This document shows, piece by piece, positions 38,444-47,293 of a stretch of 64,000 bases of DNA. How positions within the stretch are numbered: the first letter of the stretch is position 1; each line of letters opens with the position of its first letter. Source of the DNA: a virus. The DNA lies in the IMG/VR virus record IMGVR_UViG_3300024348_000007, one strand, 5' to 3'. Under the pieces are notes generated by a model. That model searched no databases. It had not been told where the DNA came from and saw only the letters and a program-made list of their open reading frames with translations. The translations under genes and the position numbers were made by a program.

Positions 38444-39587
38444 GAATAATCTATACTATGAGATGACCACAGAGACTCAGACAAAGCCTGTATCAGCGGT
38501 TAAGATACAGCTAGACGTTTTAGACGGATGCCACCATAAGTGTCCTGGATGCTTTGTACACAGACGTGGTAACTCAAGTGATAAAAATCAGTTAGAGAAT
38601 GCAAAGCAATTTATCAGAAGTATTACAGATCAAGGCATACTTGTTGATGAAATATTAATTGGTCCTACTGACTTTTTAGCATCAGAGAATTTCTTTGATG
38701 TCATGCCTGATTTATTAGATATTATAAATGAGAACTCTCCTATATTAGCGTTTGTTTCTACATTAATTGATGGAGACATAGAAGGATTTTGCGAGTTTAT
38801 TACAGACTATGTAAATTTAGATACTGAGATAGAAATAGGTATTGCGTCAAATCCTTATAAGTTTTTCGATAAAGACTATTTACAACACATCTCTGATATG
38901 TTATATTATATAGATCAAAATCTAGAACATGAAGTAACTTATACTTTTGTTGTTAATATAAGAGATTACGATCTAGATTATTCTGAACTTCACAGATACG
39001 CGGTAGAAAAGTTTGATACAATCCTAGATTTTATTCCAAGCGTATCGCGCTCTCATAAAGCAAAAATGATTTTAGAAACTCTTGATAAGTTTAATGATTA
39101 CTTTAATGTCTTAGCCAAAGATACTAATCTTAATAACATTATGGTTGATCATTCTCATGCTGGAATTAATTATACTGTTTTAAACTATAAAAGAGGAGAG
39201 TGGTATCTTAGTCCGTTTATGTATGAAAATATGGCAATATACCATGAAATGTTTAAGATAGATTCTTTTGAAGATGTCGTACCAATGGTAGAAGACCAGA
39301 TACGTAGAGCAAAAGGAACTGAATGTGAAAATTGCGAGTTGTTTTTTTCTTGTTATAATAGAAAAATTATCTTATTAAGAGATTATTTAGGAGTCGATAG
39401 ATGCATTGCTCCTAAAAAGAATATGTTGAACAATATACACAATTATAATGGCCCTGCACAAGAAATGTATAAATGGGAAGGATATTCTGTAGAGAATGAC
39501 AAAAAAGGTTATCGCAAAAAGTTTTTAGTCACCACAGATGATGATCCAGAATTAGAAAGAATTAAGGATATATCTTATGTTAAATAA
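38430..39587 (+). CDS. radical SAM protein 3 (IGPTD family)
   Basis: DVLDGCHHKCPGCFV, LIGPTDF, and CENCELFFSC...RC. Confidence 0.85.
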   Translation: MPLIKNNLYYEMTTETQTKPVSAVKIQLDVLDGCHHKCPGCFVHRRGNSSDKNQLENAKQFIRSITDQGILVDEILIGPTDFLASENFFDVMPDLLDIINENSPILAFVSTLIDGDIEGFCEFITDYVNLDTEIEIGIASNPYKFFDKDYLQHISDMLYYIDQNLEHEVTYTFVVNIRDYDLDYSELHRYAVEKFDTILDFIPSVSRSHKAKMILETLDKFNDYFNVLAKDTNLNNIMVDHSHAGINYTVLNYKRGEWYLSPFMYENMAIYHEMFKIDSFEDVVPMVEDQIRRAKGTECENCELFFSCYNRKIILLRDYLGVDRCIAPKKNMLNNIHNYNGPAQEMYKWEGYSVENDKKGYRKKFLVTTDDDPELERIKDISYVK

Positions 39588-40734
39588 TGATTGGAAAGAT
39601 ATAGTAAGTGGAGGCGGAATGGGTGAAGAGTTCGCTTCTATTGATAGTATGAAACAATATAAAATTCAAGTTAACCTAGAAATATTAGAAGGTTGCTCTT
39701 ATATGTGTCCTGGTTGTTTTGTGAAACGTCGCGGAAACTGGCATCCAAAATCAATAACAATGTTTCATTCTTTGGCTTACGAATTAAAAGATAGAACAGA
39801 CATCGTATTAGATGATATTGTGATAGGACCTACTGATTTCTACGGAGCTGAAAACTTAGATGAGATTATCAATAATTTAAAATTATCTGACGCCATTAAG
39901 ATGATGCCAAAAGATAATAGAAACATTCAACACAATTGTTCTATACTTGGTTCGTTATCTGAGAAAGATATTGAAGGAAAGATAAGAGATATTGAGAAAT
40001 CGCCTTTAGGAGAAGCAGTAGAAGCCTGGGATGTTCAGATCGCTTTGGATTTAAATCGATTAATGAATGACCAAGAATATATCGATGCGCTTGATGAAAG
40101 GATAGAGACATTTAAAAACAGCTCTTTAAACTTCGAAATATCAATGGCTACTAATATCGTTCAAGGTGTAGAAGAAATACTATACCCAGCTATTGATTTT
40201 GTTCGTTCGAAATACGAAACTGTTATCGAAGTATTACCTTCTGTAGTTAGATCATTTAACCATAGTGCAAAGCACGGTGATAAACTATTTGAATGGAATG
40301 ATATGTTAACTCGATTGGCATTAGATACGCATCGTTTTAAAAATAAGTTTCACTTCTTACAGGGAGATGTATCGCATAAAGCATTTAATTATTCAGTTAT
40401 AAGTATTCACAAAGGAAACATGTATTTGTCTCCTTTCATATACGAAAATGCTCAGATACACACAGAAGATTTTCTAGTATCTGATGGTTGGATGTGGTTA
40501 CCAGATGCTGATATATCTGATTTCATACTAGATAGAAAGAATGAAATTGTCAATAGTCAAATTGAAAATAGTCTTGAAAAAGAATGTGGAACATGCAAAT
40601 ATCTTAACATATGCGCGAACAGAATGGTGCCATTAATAATGGATACAGTATTTAATGGAAGAAAGGAATGCATTCTTAATAAAGATGTTATTGCTTTATT
40701 TGATGATGAGGTTTATCATGGGAATAGTTACTAA
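39577..40734 (+). CDS. radical SAM protein 4 (IGPTD family)
   Basis: EILEGCSYMCPGCFV, VIGPTDF, and CGTCKYLNIC...EC. Confidence 0.85.
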   Translation: MLNNDWKDIVSGGGMGEEFASIDSMKQYKIQVNLEILEGCSYMCPGCFVKRRGNWHPKSITMFHSLAYELKDRTDIVLDDIVIGPTDFYGAENLDEIINNLKLSDAIKMMPKDNRNIQHNCSILGSLSEKDIEGKIRDIEKSPLGEAVEAWDVQIALDLNRLMNDQEYIDALDERIETFKNSSLNFEISMATNIVQGVEEILYPAIDFVRSKYETVIEVLPSVVRSFNHSAKHGDKLFEWNDMLTRLALDTHRFKNKFHFLQGDVSHKAFNYSVISIHKGNMYLSPFIYENAQIHTEDFLVSDGWMWLPDADISDFILDRKNEIVNSQIENSLEKECGTCKYLNICANRMVPLIMDTVFNGRKECILNKDVIALFDDEVYHGNSY

Positions 40735-41737
40735 TAACCTAAGAGCTGCTAAAGCTGATAAAGATTTTGATCTATCATTCTCTGAAGGACATGAAATTAA
40801 AGTACAGTTTAATTGCGAAGTATTATCGGGGTGTGAGTTTAAATGTAAAGGTTGTTTTGTAAACAAACTTGGTTCCAACATGGGATCTTATGATAGACTT
40901 AATAACGCTATAGATTTATTTAATGCAAACGGTTACAGAGTGTCAACCATTAATATTGGGCCTACTGATTTATTTGGTAATAATAATGTTATCGAGTTAT
41001 TAAAAGACGAAACATTTCGAGAGTGTTTAAGCAAGGTTTCTACTATACAATTCGTAACAACCCTAACAAGCATTTCGCAAGAAGTTATTGAACTACTTAA
41101 CAGCATCCCTAAAATAGATGGATTTTTATATGATTGTAATATAGCTTTACAACCTCCTGTAAATTGGGATTGGGTAGAAGAGCGATTAGACCTTCTGAAT
41201 GGATTTACGGATGATCTAAATTATTATATGGTTTATAACATGGGTAATGATGACGAGTACAATTCTAAAGTGCTTGAAATGTCAGAACTTGTTGAGGATA
41301 GGTTTGACTCAATCCTTACATTAAACCCGTCATTCTTTAGAGCACCAAAATCTAAGGTTCAAAAACATCTTATTGAGAAATGGAAGAACTATGACTTCTC
41401 AGATAATCTTATGCCTAAAACATTTATTGACCAAGCGCAAGGTGGTTCTTTAGAGTTAAACTATACTTACTGCAACGAACGTTTCTTTTGGACGCCATTC
41501 GTATATGACATCGCTTTAATAGGTACTGATGAATTCCAAGTTAAAGATGAGAACGATATTGAATCATGGACTCAAGTAAAAGAAAATAAGTTTATGTCAC
41601 AGTTGTCTTATTCAAGTAAAACTGATAACTGCGCCTCTTGTAAAAACCTAATGACATGTATTGATAAAGGCGTATTAAGTTATATGGAACATCATTCACT
41701 TACGGGCTGTACGTTTCCTGGAGTAATAACGACCTAA
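40718..41737 (+). CDS. radical SAM protein 5 (IGPTD family)
   Basis: EVLSGCEFKCKGCFV, NIGPTDL, and CASCKNLMTC...GC. ATG at 40718 follows a GAGGT SD. Confidence 0.85.
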   Translation: MGIVTNNLRAAKADKDFDLSFSEGHEIKVQFNCEVLSGCEFKCKGCFVNKLGSNMGSYDRLNNAIDLFNANGYRVSTINIGPTDLFGNNNVIELLKDETFRECLSKVSTIQFVTTLTSISQEVIELLNSIPKIDGFLYDCNIALQPPVNWDWVEERLDLLNGFTDDLNYYMVYNMGNDDEYNSKVLEMSELVEDRFDSILTLNPSFFRAPKSKVQKHLIEKWKNYDFSDNLMPKTFIDQAQGGSLELNYTYCNERFFWTPFVYDIALIGTDEFQVKDENDIESWTQVKENKFMSQLSYSSKTDNCASCKNLMTCIDKGVLSYMEHHSLTGCTFPGVITT

Positions 41738-42409
41738 GAATGTTCTTGGAAACGAATCATTAATCTTACCCCATTGTTCCATGCTATCTACAAATATATT
41801 TTTAAAAGTAACATCGATATCTTCCATTGGATAAATCGCCATCAGATCGTTACCGTAATTTAATCTAACTTCGTATGTTTCGTCTTTTAAAGGAAACAAT
41901 AAGAATACATTAATCGCATGTTGATCATAGAAATTAAGAACGCCTGGTGCTACAAGTATCCCATGCTTGCGTAAATCTTCACTGTAATGAAATTCACAAT
42001 TCATAAAATCTACTGGCTTCTTAGCTTTTAAATACCAAGGAGCTTCTAATTTCACGACAGCATATCCCTTATAAAAATCATCGCCATACTGTCTTTGTTC
42101 ATGCACACCAGTACTGACTTGATGAGAATGCAACGGACTTGCAGACGAAACCTTTCCGTTTGGTTCAACTCTAAAAATCATATCGGACCACAATCTCATT
42201 ATAATAGCTTTTTGCATATATTGTGTAATTCCAGGACAAGCCTTTACAGTTGGGGTTGGAACCATAATGCCTGACTTTGAATTATAAACAGTGTACATTG
42301 TCGACAATTTTTTCCACCATGAAGGCTTTCTAATTTTAGATGTCCATTTAAAATTTTCGAAAACGCTTTTATCGTAAGTGTAAGCTTCAATCTCTAGTTT
42401 TTTTCTCAT
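41696..42409 (-). CDS. phage hypothetical protein (beta-rich; KPSWWK...TVKACPG...WSD type)
   Basis: Motif type I recall from marine T4-like phages, often near oxygenase genes. Last gene of the minus-strand operon; its 3' end overlaps rSAM5. Confidence 0.6.
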   Translation of the reverse strand: MRKKLEIEAYTYDKSVFENFKWTSKIRKPSWWKKLSTMYTVYNSKSGIMVPTPTVKACPGITQYMQKAIIMRLWSDMIFRVEPNGKVSSASPLHSHQVSTGVHEQRQYGDDFYKGYAVVKLEAPWYLKAKKPVDFMNCEFHYSEDLRKHGILVAPGVLNFYDQHAINVFLLFPLKDETYEVRLNYGNDLMAIYPMEDIDVTFKNIFVDSMEQWGKINDSFPRTFLGRYYSRKRTARK

Positions 42410-43466
42410 AATCAAATCCTGTAATTAAGTTCTGTCCAGTTTTTTCCATATAGTTAAACCACATTCTCATGATGCAGTCAGGTAAGTCTCGTTCTCTATT
42501 CTTCCAATCCCATTGGGTATAACATCTAAATCCACATTTGTTCCACCACTTACAAGATAAACAACCATTCTCGTCCATATATGCTTGCATCATACCAGCA
42601 TTATCTTTGGGTTTATATTCTGTATTAAAATCTCTCTGATCATATCTATCCCATCTACAGTTTGACGTAGAATTATCGGGGAATATCGTAACCTTATTTA
42701 AAGCCAAGCAATGCATATGGTTACTATCATTATATATAAGATCTTTTATAGGATTAATATCGGGATAGTTATGATATACAAATTTAAGAAATTCTAAGTA
42801 TTCACTATCAGATGGAATCATATAATCATAACCACGATCTGGAATGTAATCATCAAAGTAAAAGTTATCAAACTTTTCATATAGATAGTGAAAATACTCA
42901 TCATCGTCTGCCATAAACTTTTTTATTGATAAAGTAGTAGCAACCATATTAATTGATACGATATAGTCGGCAAAGTATTCTATATTTTTAGCATATGGAC
43001 CTTTTGTTGGTCGCCCATCAAAGTCATATGAACATATAATATGTGAAGGAATTGCTTCAGCGTTTAGGTCGTCGAGCAGTCGCTGAACTCTGTCTCGTTT
43101 ACTAAATTGAAACGATGTTACCCACACAACTTTAATTTTTTGTTTATGTTCGTCAAATATCTTTTTAATTGCTACAAGGAAATCAAAGTAAACAGGGTAA
43201 GCCCATTCTGATATTCTATCTTGGAATAACTCACCGCCAACCATATTGATTTGGATTATATCAACTCTGCCTTTCATCTTAATGACATGTTGTTCAACTA
43301 AATCCAATTTAGAGAATATCTCTTCCCTACTCAATCCTACGGTAGATTTTTTATCATGATGGCAGAACGAACAATTGAGGTGACAGTTTTCAAATAAAGT
43401 CAACTCAATCTCAGCGATATCAGGTCGTTTAGTTTCTAATAATGTTTTTGTTATTTCAAAGTCCAA
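42387..43466 (-). CDS. radical SAM/SPASM protein 6
   Basis: Probable TTG start after an AGAGGA SD. LFENCHLNCSFCHH, MVGGELF, and CLALN...NCRW...CLSCKWWNKCGFRC...C. Confidence 0.85.
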   Translation of the reverse strand: MDFEITKTLLETKRPDIAEIELTLFENCHLNCSFCHHDKKSTVGLSREEIFSKLDLVEQHVIKMKGRVDIIQINMVGGELFQDRISEWAYPVYFDFLVAIKKIFDEHKQKIKVVWVTSFQFSKRDRVQRLLDDLNAEAIPSHIICSYDFDGRPTKGPYAKNIEYFADYIVSINMVATTLSIKKFMADDDEYFHYLYEKFDNFYFDDYIPDRGYDYMIPSDSEYLEFLKFVYHNYPDINPIKDLIYNDSNHMHCLALNKVTIFPDNSTSNCRWDRYDQRDFNTEYKPKDNAGMMQAYMDENGCLSCKWWNKCGFRCYTQWDWKNRERDLPDCIMRMWFNYMEKTGQNLITGFDYEKKTRD

Positions 43467-43854
43467 ATAACATTTCCTCTTTATAGTATTCGTAGATATC
43501 GGGAACCATACCAAGTTTTTCATTAAACTCTAGTTGGAATAGTATCTCGTCGTAAGTTTCTTTGTCTTGCCAATATGGAACAAAGTGCGGATCATTATTA
43601 AATAGTAACTCAGGATCGTTAAGTGCATCGAAAAACGGTTCGTTAAAATCCCTGTTTAACCAATGAGCATAACATATAGCAACTACATATGATTTAGCTG
43701 GGTAAATCCATTCGTCTACATACTCTCTGAAGTGTGTTAGAGCAAACTCAACCGTAAGGTCAGGTTGCCAATTAATCTCCACGTCAGTCAGATCATCTTT
43801 GAATAAAGATGCTGTCAAATGATATGCGCTTTGTCTAGCTTTCCATTCTTTCAT
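43456..43854 (-). CDS. hypothetical protein (~132 aa) between radical SAM genes
   Basis: Overlaps both neighbours; aromatic and acidic; no motif recognised. Confidence 0.6.
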   Translation of the reverse strand: MKEWKARQSAYHLTASLFKDDLTDVEINWQPDLTVEFALTHFREYVDEWIYPAKSYVVAICYAHWLNRDFNEPFFDALNDPELLFNNDPHFVPYWQDKETYDEILFQLEFNEKLGMVPDIYEYYKEEMLFGL

Positions 43855-44743
43855 AATATTCCAACAATCCTTTATATCCATTACAACTATTAGTCAAATC
43901 TTTAACATATCGGTAATGTTCTGTTAAACAATTACCATAATATTTACACGTCTTACATATTTCGCTTAGATTGTTCTCAGGTTCTTCCCTTGCCCACTTC
44001 TTGTACTCATAATATGTTTTATATTCTTTGAAGTATTCCCTATCATATTTATCGAACTCCAATACCCCAAACTTACCAGATGGAGTAATATACACATGAT
44101 CATTACTAAAAGCATCATACTCTTTATCTATGCTTCTCCATATATTATCCATATTCTGAAAATTAAACTTTTTCTCTGTTTTTGCTTCGTCAAACTTAAT
44201 AACAAAATCTTCAAAGTCTTTGTGTGTAACAGGATGTGCATTTGCTTGGTTTATTGAGTAAGGTTTAATTTCTACAGACTTAATATTAGATACCATATTA
44301 AGAGTGAAGATCATAAACTCTACATCCATCTCTAATACTTTTGGAGAGGCCAATATTAATACAGATAAATCCTTATTGGCGTTCATCATATTATTTAAAA
44401 CATGCTGTTCTTTTTCTCTGGCATGGAAATCATATGATACAGATAATGTTACATCCTCATCTCGAAAGAAGTCTGGGAACGCAGACAAATTAGTATTGAT
44501 ATTGATAGGACCTTTGTAATAATTACGTATTACTTTCTTTAATGAATAATAATATTCTGGTGATAGTAAACCAATCTCACCGCCGTATAGATCTACGTGC
44601 CCTATTTGATCATCTACTTGACTTAAAGAATGATCTAACCATAAAGGCGTTATCTTATGTCTATCGTTTAATTGTGCTGGCGTTAAATAACAAAAATCAC
44701 AACTGAAGTTACAATAGTAGGTGGGATTAATTGATAGATTCAT
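43835..44743 (-). CDS. radical SAM protein 7 (short SPASM-like C-terminus)
   Basis: INPTYYCNFSCDFCY, LYGGEIG, and CKTCKYYGNC...SC. Confidence 0.88.
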   Translation of the reverse strand: MNLSINPTYYCNFSCDFCYLTPAQLNDRHKITPLWLDHSLSQVDDQIGHVDLYGGEIGLLSPEYYYSLKKVIRNYYKGPININTNLSAFPDFFRDEDVTLSVSYDFHAREKEQHVLNNMMNANKDLSVLILASPKVLEMDVEFMIFTLNMVSNIKSVEIKPYSINQANAHPVTHKDFEDFVIKFDEAKTEKKFNFQNMDNIWRSIDKEYDAFSNDHVYITPSGKFGVLEFDKYDREYFKEYKTYYEYKKWAREEPENNLSEICKTCKYYGNCLTEHYRYVKDLTNSCNGYKGLLEYYERMES

Positions 44744-45764
44744 CAACATAAGGCGTCACCATATCTGGGCTCATTCCATTCGTAGCAAGTATTCTTGGAG
44801 CGAGCGTTTTCATTTGTTTGCAATGTGCTTCATTTGTCCCTTCTCTTTTCATATCACGTACTGTCTTTTTACAACCATTACATATTTCGAACATTGGACA
44901 CGTATAGCAAGCCATCTTCATTGTTTGGATATGAGGATCGTTAGCCAATGGAGTCTGCATTTCGCCATTCATTTCTTCCTCAAAATCAATAGGATAATCC
45001 ATATCATCAGCAAACGAACCGCAAGAATAGTAATCACCGCCAGGGTTAAAAGCTCGAATGCCACTATCACATTGTCTATTTTGTGGACAAGATGTTGAAA
45101 AACCTTTGAGGCGTTTCATCATTTGCTTTGTATTATATTCGTATTCTGCTAATCCACGATCGTATATCTCAAGATATGTTTCGTAAATCTTACTTAACTG
45201 ATATGTACTGCCTTGAACACCAGAAGCCATAGCATAATTTAGTTTGCATTCTACACCCATTTCTTTAGCAAGTTCAACGTTCTTAATAGCAAGATGTTCG
45301 TTCTCATCTGTTATGACGGCAATAAAGTCTGGTCTTTCTCCAGTGTGTTTCAACATAGCGTTTGATACCATCCAAAAATCTTTCTCAGTAAATTCGGAAT
45401 AATCACCTTTTAATCTACCACCACCATATTGAAATGATGTTGCACAACCAAACCTATCATTCTTAAAGATAGGAAGCCACTTCTCGGGACGCATTAAAAA
45501 AGGCCACAGATTAGATGTAAAACTAATTGATGCGGGATAATCATGTTCATTAAGATGATCTATTAGTTCCTGATAATATTCTGGCTTTACCATAAGAGGG
45601 TCACCACCATTAACGATAATAGTATTAGTATCGGGATATCGCTTAAGAAATTTGTATATGTATTCCAAGTCTAATAAGCCAACTTCGTTAGGATCGATGT
45701 CGGTAGAAGAACAAAATGTACATTTAAAATTGCAAGCTTCAGTGGGTTTAATAATTAAATCCAT
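44727..45764 (-). CDS. radical SAM/SPASM protein 8
   Basis: IKPTEACNFKCTFCS, NGGDPL, and CPQNRQC...YSCGS...CYTCPMFEICNGC...HC. Confidence 0.9.
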   Translation of the reverse strand: MDLIIKPTEACNFKCTFCSSTDIDPNEVGLLDLEYIYKFLKRYPDTNTIIVNGGDPLMVKPEYYQELIDHLNEHDYPASISFTSNLWPFLMRPEKWLPIFKNDRFGCATSFQYGGGRLKGDYSEFTEKDFWMVSNAMLKHTGERPDFIAVITDENEHLAIKNVELAKEMGVECKLNYAMASGVQGSTYQLSKIYETYLEIYDRGLAEYEYNTKQMMKRLKGFSTSCPQNRQCDSGIRAFNPGGDYYSCGSFADDMDYPIDFEEEMNGEMQTPLANDPHIQTMKMACYTCPMFEICNGCKKTVRDMKREGTNEAHCKQMKTLAPRILATNGMSPDMVTPYVDESIN

Positions 45765-46783
45765 CCCTTATCTCCTGCTAGTTTTAGCATTAGAGTTTTA
45801 GGCGCTGGACAAACGTCTTCCATCCATTGAAGTTGGTGACAATCAGAATGGCAATAGATAAAGACTGGGCAATCATAACATCTTGGATCACGATCATGAG
45901 TTTCACACGAAATGATTTCCATTCGTTTCGGGCTTAATCTTACTTCTTTTGCTGGCATACTAATATCACCATACCATTGAGTAGGCGCAGTATTAGGACA
46001 ACCTGCTACAGTTCCATCAGCATTGATTGTGTGTATCTTTTGTTCACAATCCCTACAGAACGTACCATTAAAGAATTGACCTTTACTAAACTTATCATAA
46101 ACTGAGTTAAGAAAGTTGTTTTCAATAGGGTGATCTTTAGTTGTCTCATGCATTTTCATCCAAAAAGCATCGAGCTCAGAATTATGAGGGAAGATTTCTG
46201 TGTTTATCGTTGCGTTACCATCATGAGTAAGTCTTTCATAACTAATAGTACCAATACCTAATGAATACATATAATCAGCAATTTCAAGAGGATCCATTGC
46301 AACAACATCTTTAGACACTGAAATAAAGCATTGGATATAACATCCCTCAGCTACCAAAAGCTTTACATTATCTTCCCATAACTTTCTCTGCTTTTCATTT
46401 GCAAATCTAATATTTGGGTCCCAAGATGTACCGATAGAACCAGAGTCTAATATTTTAAGAAACTCGATACGTTCATCTGTAAGTTTATAAGTTAGATTTG
46501 TTGTAATACCATGTGTGCATTTATCACCCCAATGATCTTTCGTAACATTGTAGAAATGCCACAGATCTTTCATAGGCGCTAGCAAAGGTTCTCCACCATG
46601 ATATTCGAAGTGAATACGGTTTGAACCATCGTCTAGTTCGTTACACCACTTTGCAGTTTTATCTGCATCAAAATAAATTTTACGACCATTGATACCAGAG
46701 GTAAAACAATGTGCACAATTTAAATTACAAGTTTCTGTAGTCTTAACGTATACGATTAAGTGTTTCTGAGTCGTGAATGCCAT
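45755..46783 (-). CDS. radical SAM/SPASM protein 9
   Basis: VKTTETCNLNCAHCF, HGGEPL, and CRDC...AGCPN...CYDCPVFIYCHSDC...CP. Confidence 0.9.
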   Translation of the reverse strand: MAFTTQKHLIVYVKTTETCNLNCAHCFTSGINGRKIYFDADKTAKWCNELDDGSNRIHFEYHGGEPLLAPMKDLWHFYNVTKDHWGDKCTHGITTNLTYKLTDERIEFLKILDSGSIGTSWDPNIRFANEKQRKLWEDNVKLLVAEGCYIQCFISVSKDVVAMDPLEIADYMYSLGIGTISYERLTHDGNATINTEIFPHNSELDAFWMKMHETTKDHPIENNFLNSVYDKFSKGQFFNGTFCRDCEQKIHTINADGTVAGCPNTAPTQWYGDISMPAKEVRLSPKRMEIISCETHDRDPRCYDCPVFIYCHSDCHQLQWMEDVCPAPKTLMLKLAGDKGWI

Positions 46784-47198
46784 GTGATAACATTAGTGCC
46801 TTTTCATAATTTAACGCTCTGTGCGGTGTTCCTGCTTCTATGAACAGAGTTTCATTTTTAGATAAAGAAATCTCTTTACCTTCAACTTCCATGATCTTAG
46901 TTCCTTCGACGCATTCTATAATAACATCAATTGGATCAGTATGTACATCAAAAGATGCACCGTTTTCCTGATTATAAAAAACATGAACAGTTCCGTTATT
47001 AATGCCTAAAGGTTTTTCAAACTGTTCTACTTTAATGGTAGCTTTATTTGCTAATAAAACCGTAGTTTCTCCAAGATAAGCAATGTATTCTGATTGTTTT
47101 ATGTAATGCTGATTTCCATCTTCATCTATATGAGATACGTCGTGGTTATTAAAGCATTCTTCTGTTAATAAGAAATTTTCAAATTGGTCAAATGTCAC
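46743..47198 (-). CDS. cupin / JmjC-like putative Fe(II)-2OG hydroxylase
   Basis: GTG start after a GGAGA SD. FDVHTDPIDVII..GTK...LFIEAGTPHRA gives the HxD...H facial triad. Confidence 0.7.
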   Translation of the reverse strand: MTFDQFENFLLTEECFNNHDVSHIDEDGNQHYIKQSEYIAYLGETTVLLANKATIKVEQFEKPLGINNGTVHVFYNQENGASFDVHTDPIDVIIECVEGTKIMEVEGKEISLSKNETLFIEAGTPHRALNYEKALMLSHGIHDSETLNRIR

Positions 47199-47223
47199 TA
47201 CTATTCTCCATGTCGTATATATC

Positions 47224-47231
47224 TATTTATA
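47224..47231 (-). promoter_or_regulatory. T4-type late promoter (TATAAATA on minus strand)
   Basis: TATTTATA on + strand, ~25 bp upstream of the cupin gene that heads the minus-strand radical SAM operon. Confidence 0.75.
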
Positions 47232-47258
47232 CCATAATTTTAGAGCTTTGTAAACCGT

Positions 47259-47266
47259 TATAAATA
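47259..47266 (+). promoter_or_regulatory. T4-type late promoter TATAAATA
   Basis: Exact consensus upstream of the 2OG-Fe(II) oxygenase gene, divergent from the 47224 promoter. Confidence 0.75.
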
Positions 47267-47293
47267 ATTGTATATATTATGAGGAGATTGATT

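Noticed and set aside
44721-45098. Cys/His-rich plus-strand ORF (125 aa) as another precursor
   Set aside because: It is antisense to the well-supported rSAM8 gene and lacks the CHxS repeat.
45837-45854. CHSDCH in rSAM9 resembling the substrate motif
   Set aside because: It is part of the CX2CX5CX3C SPASM ligand set; the resemblance is coincidental.
34270-46783. rSAM genes as QueE, NrdG, MoaA or DNA-hypermodification enzymes
   Set aside because: No companion queC/queD/folE, nrdD or moa genes in the window. C-terminal SPASM-like Cys sets, late promoters and adjacent Cys/His-rich ORFs fit peptide/protein maturases better. Not formally excluded without a search.
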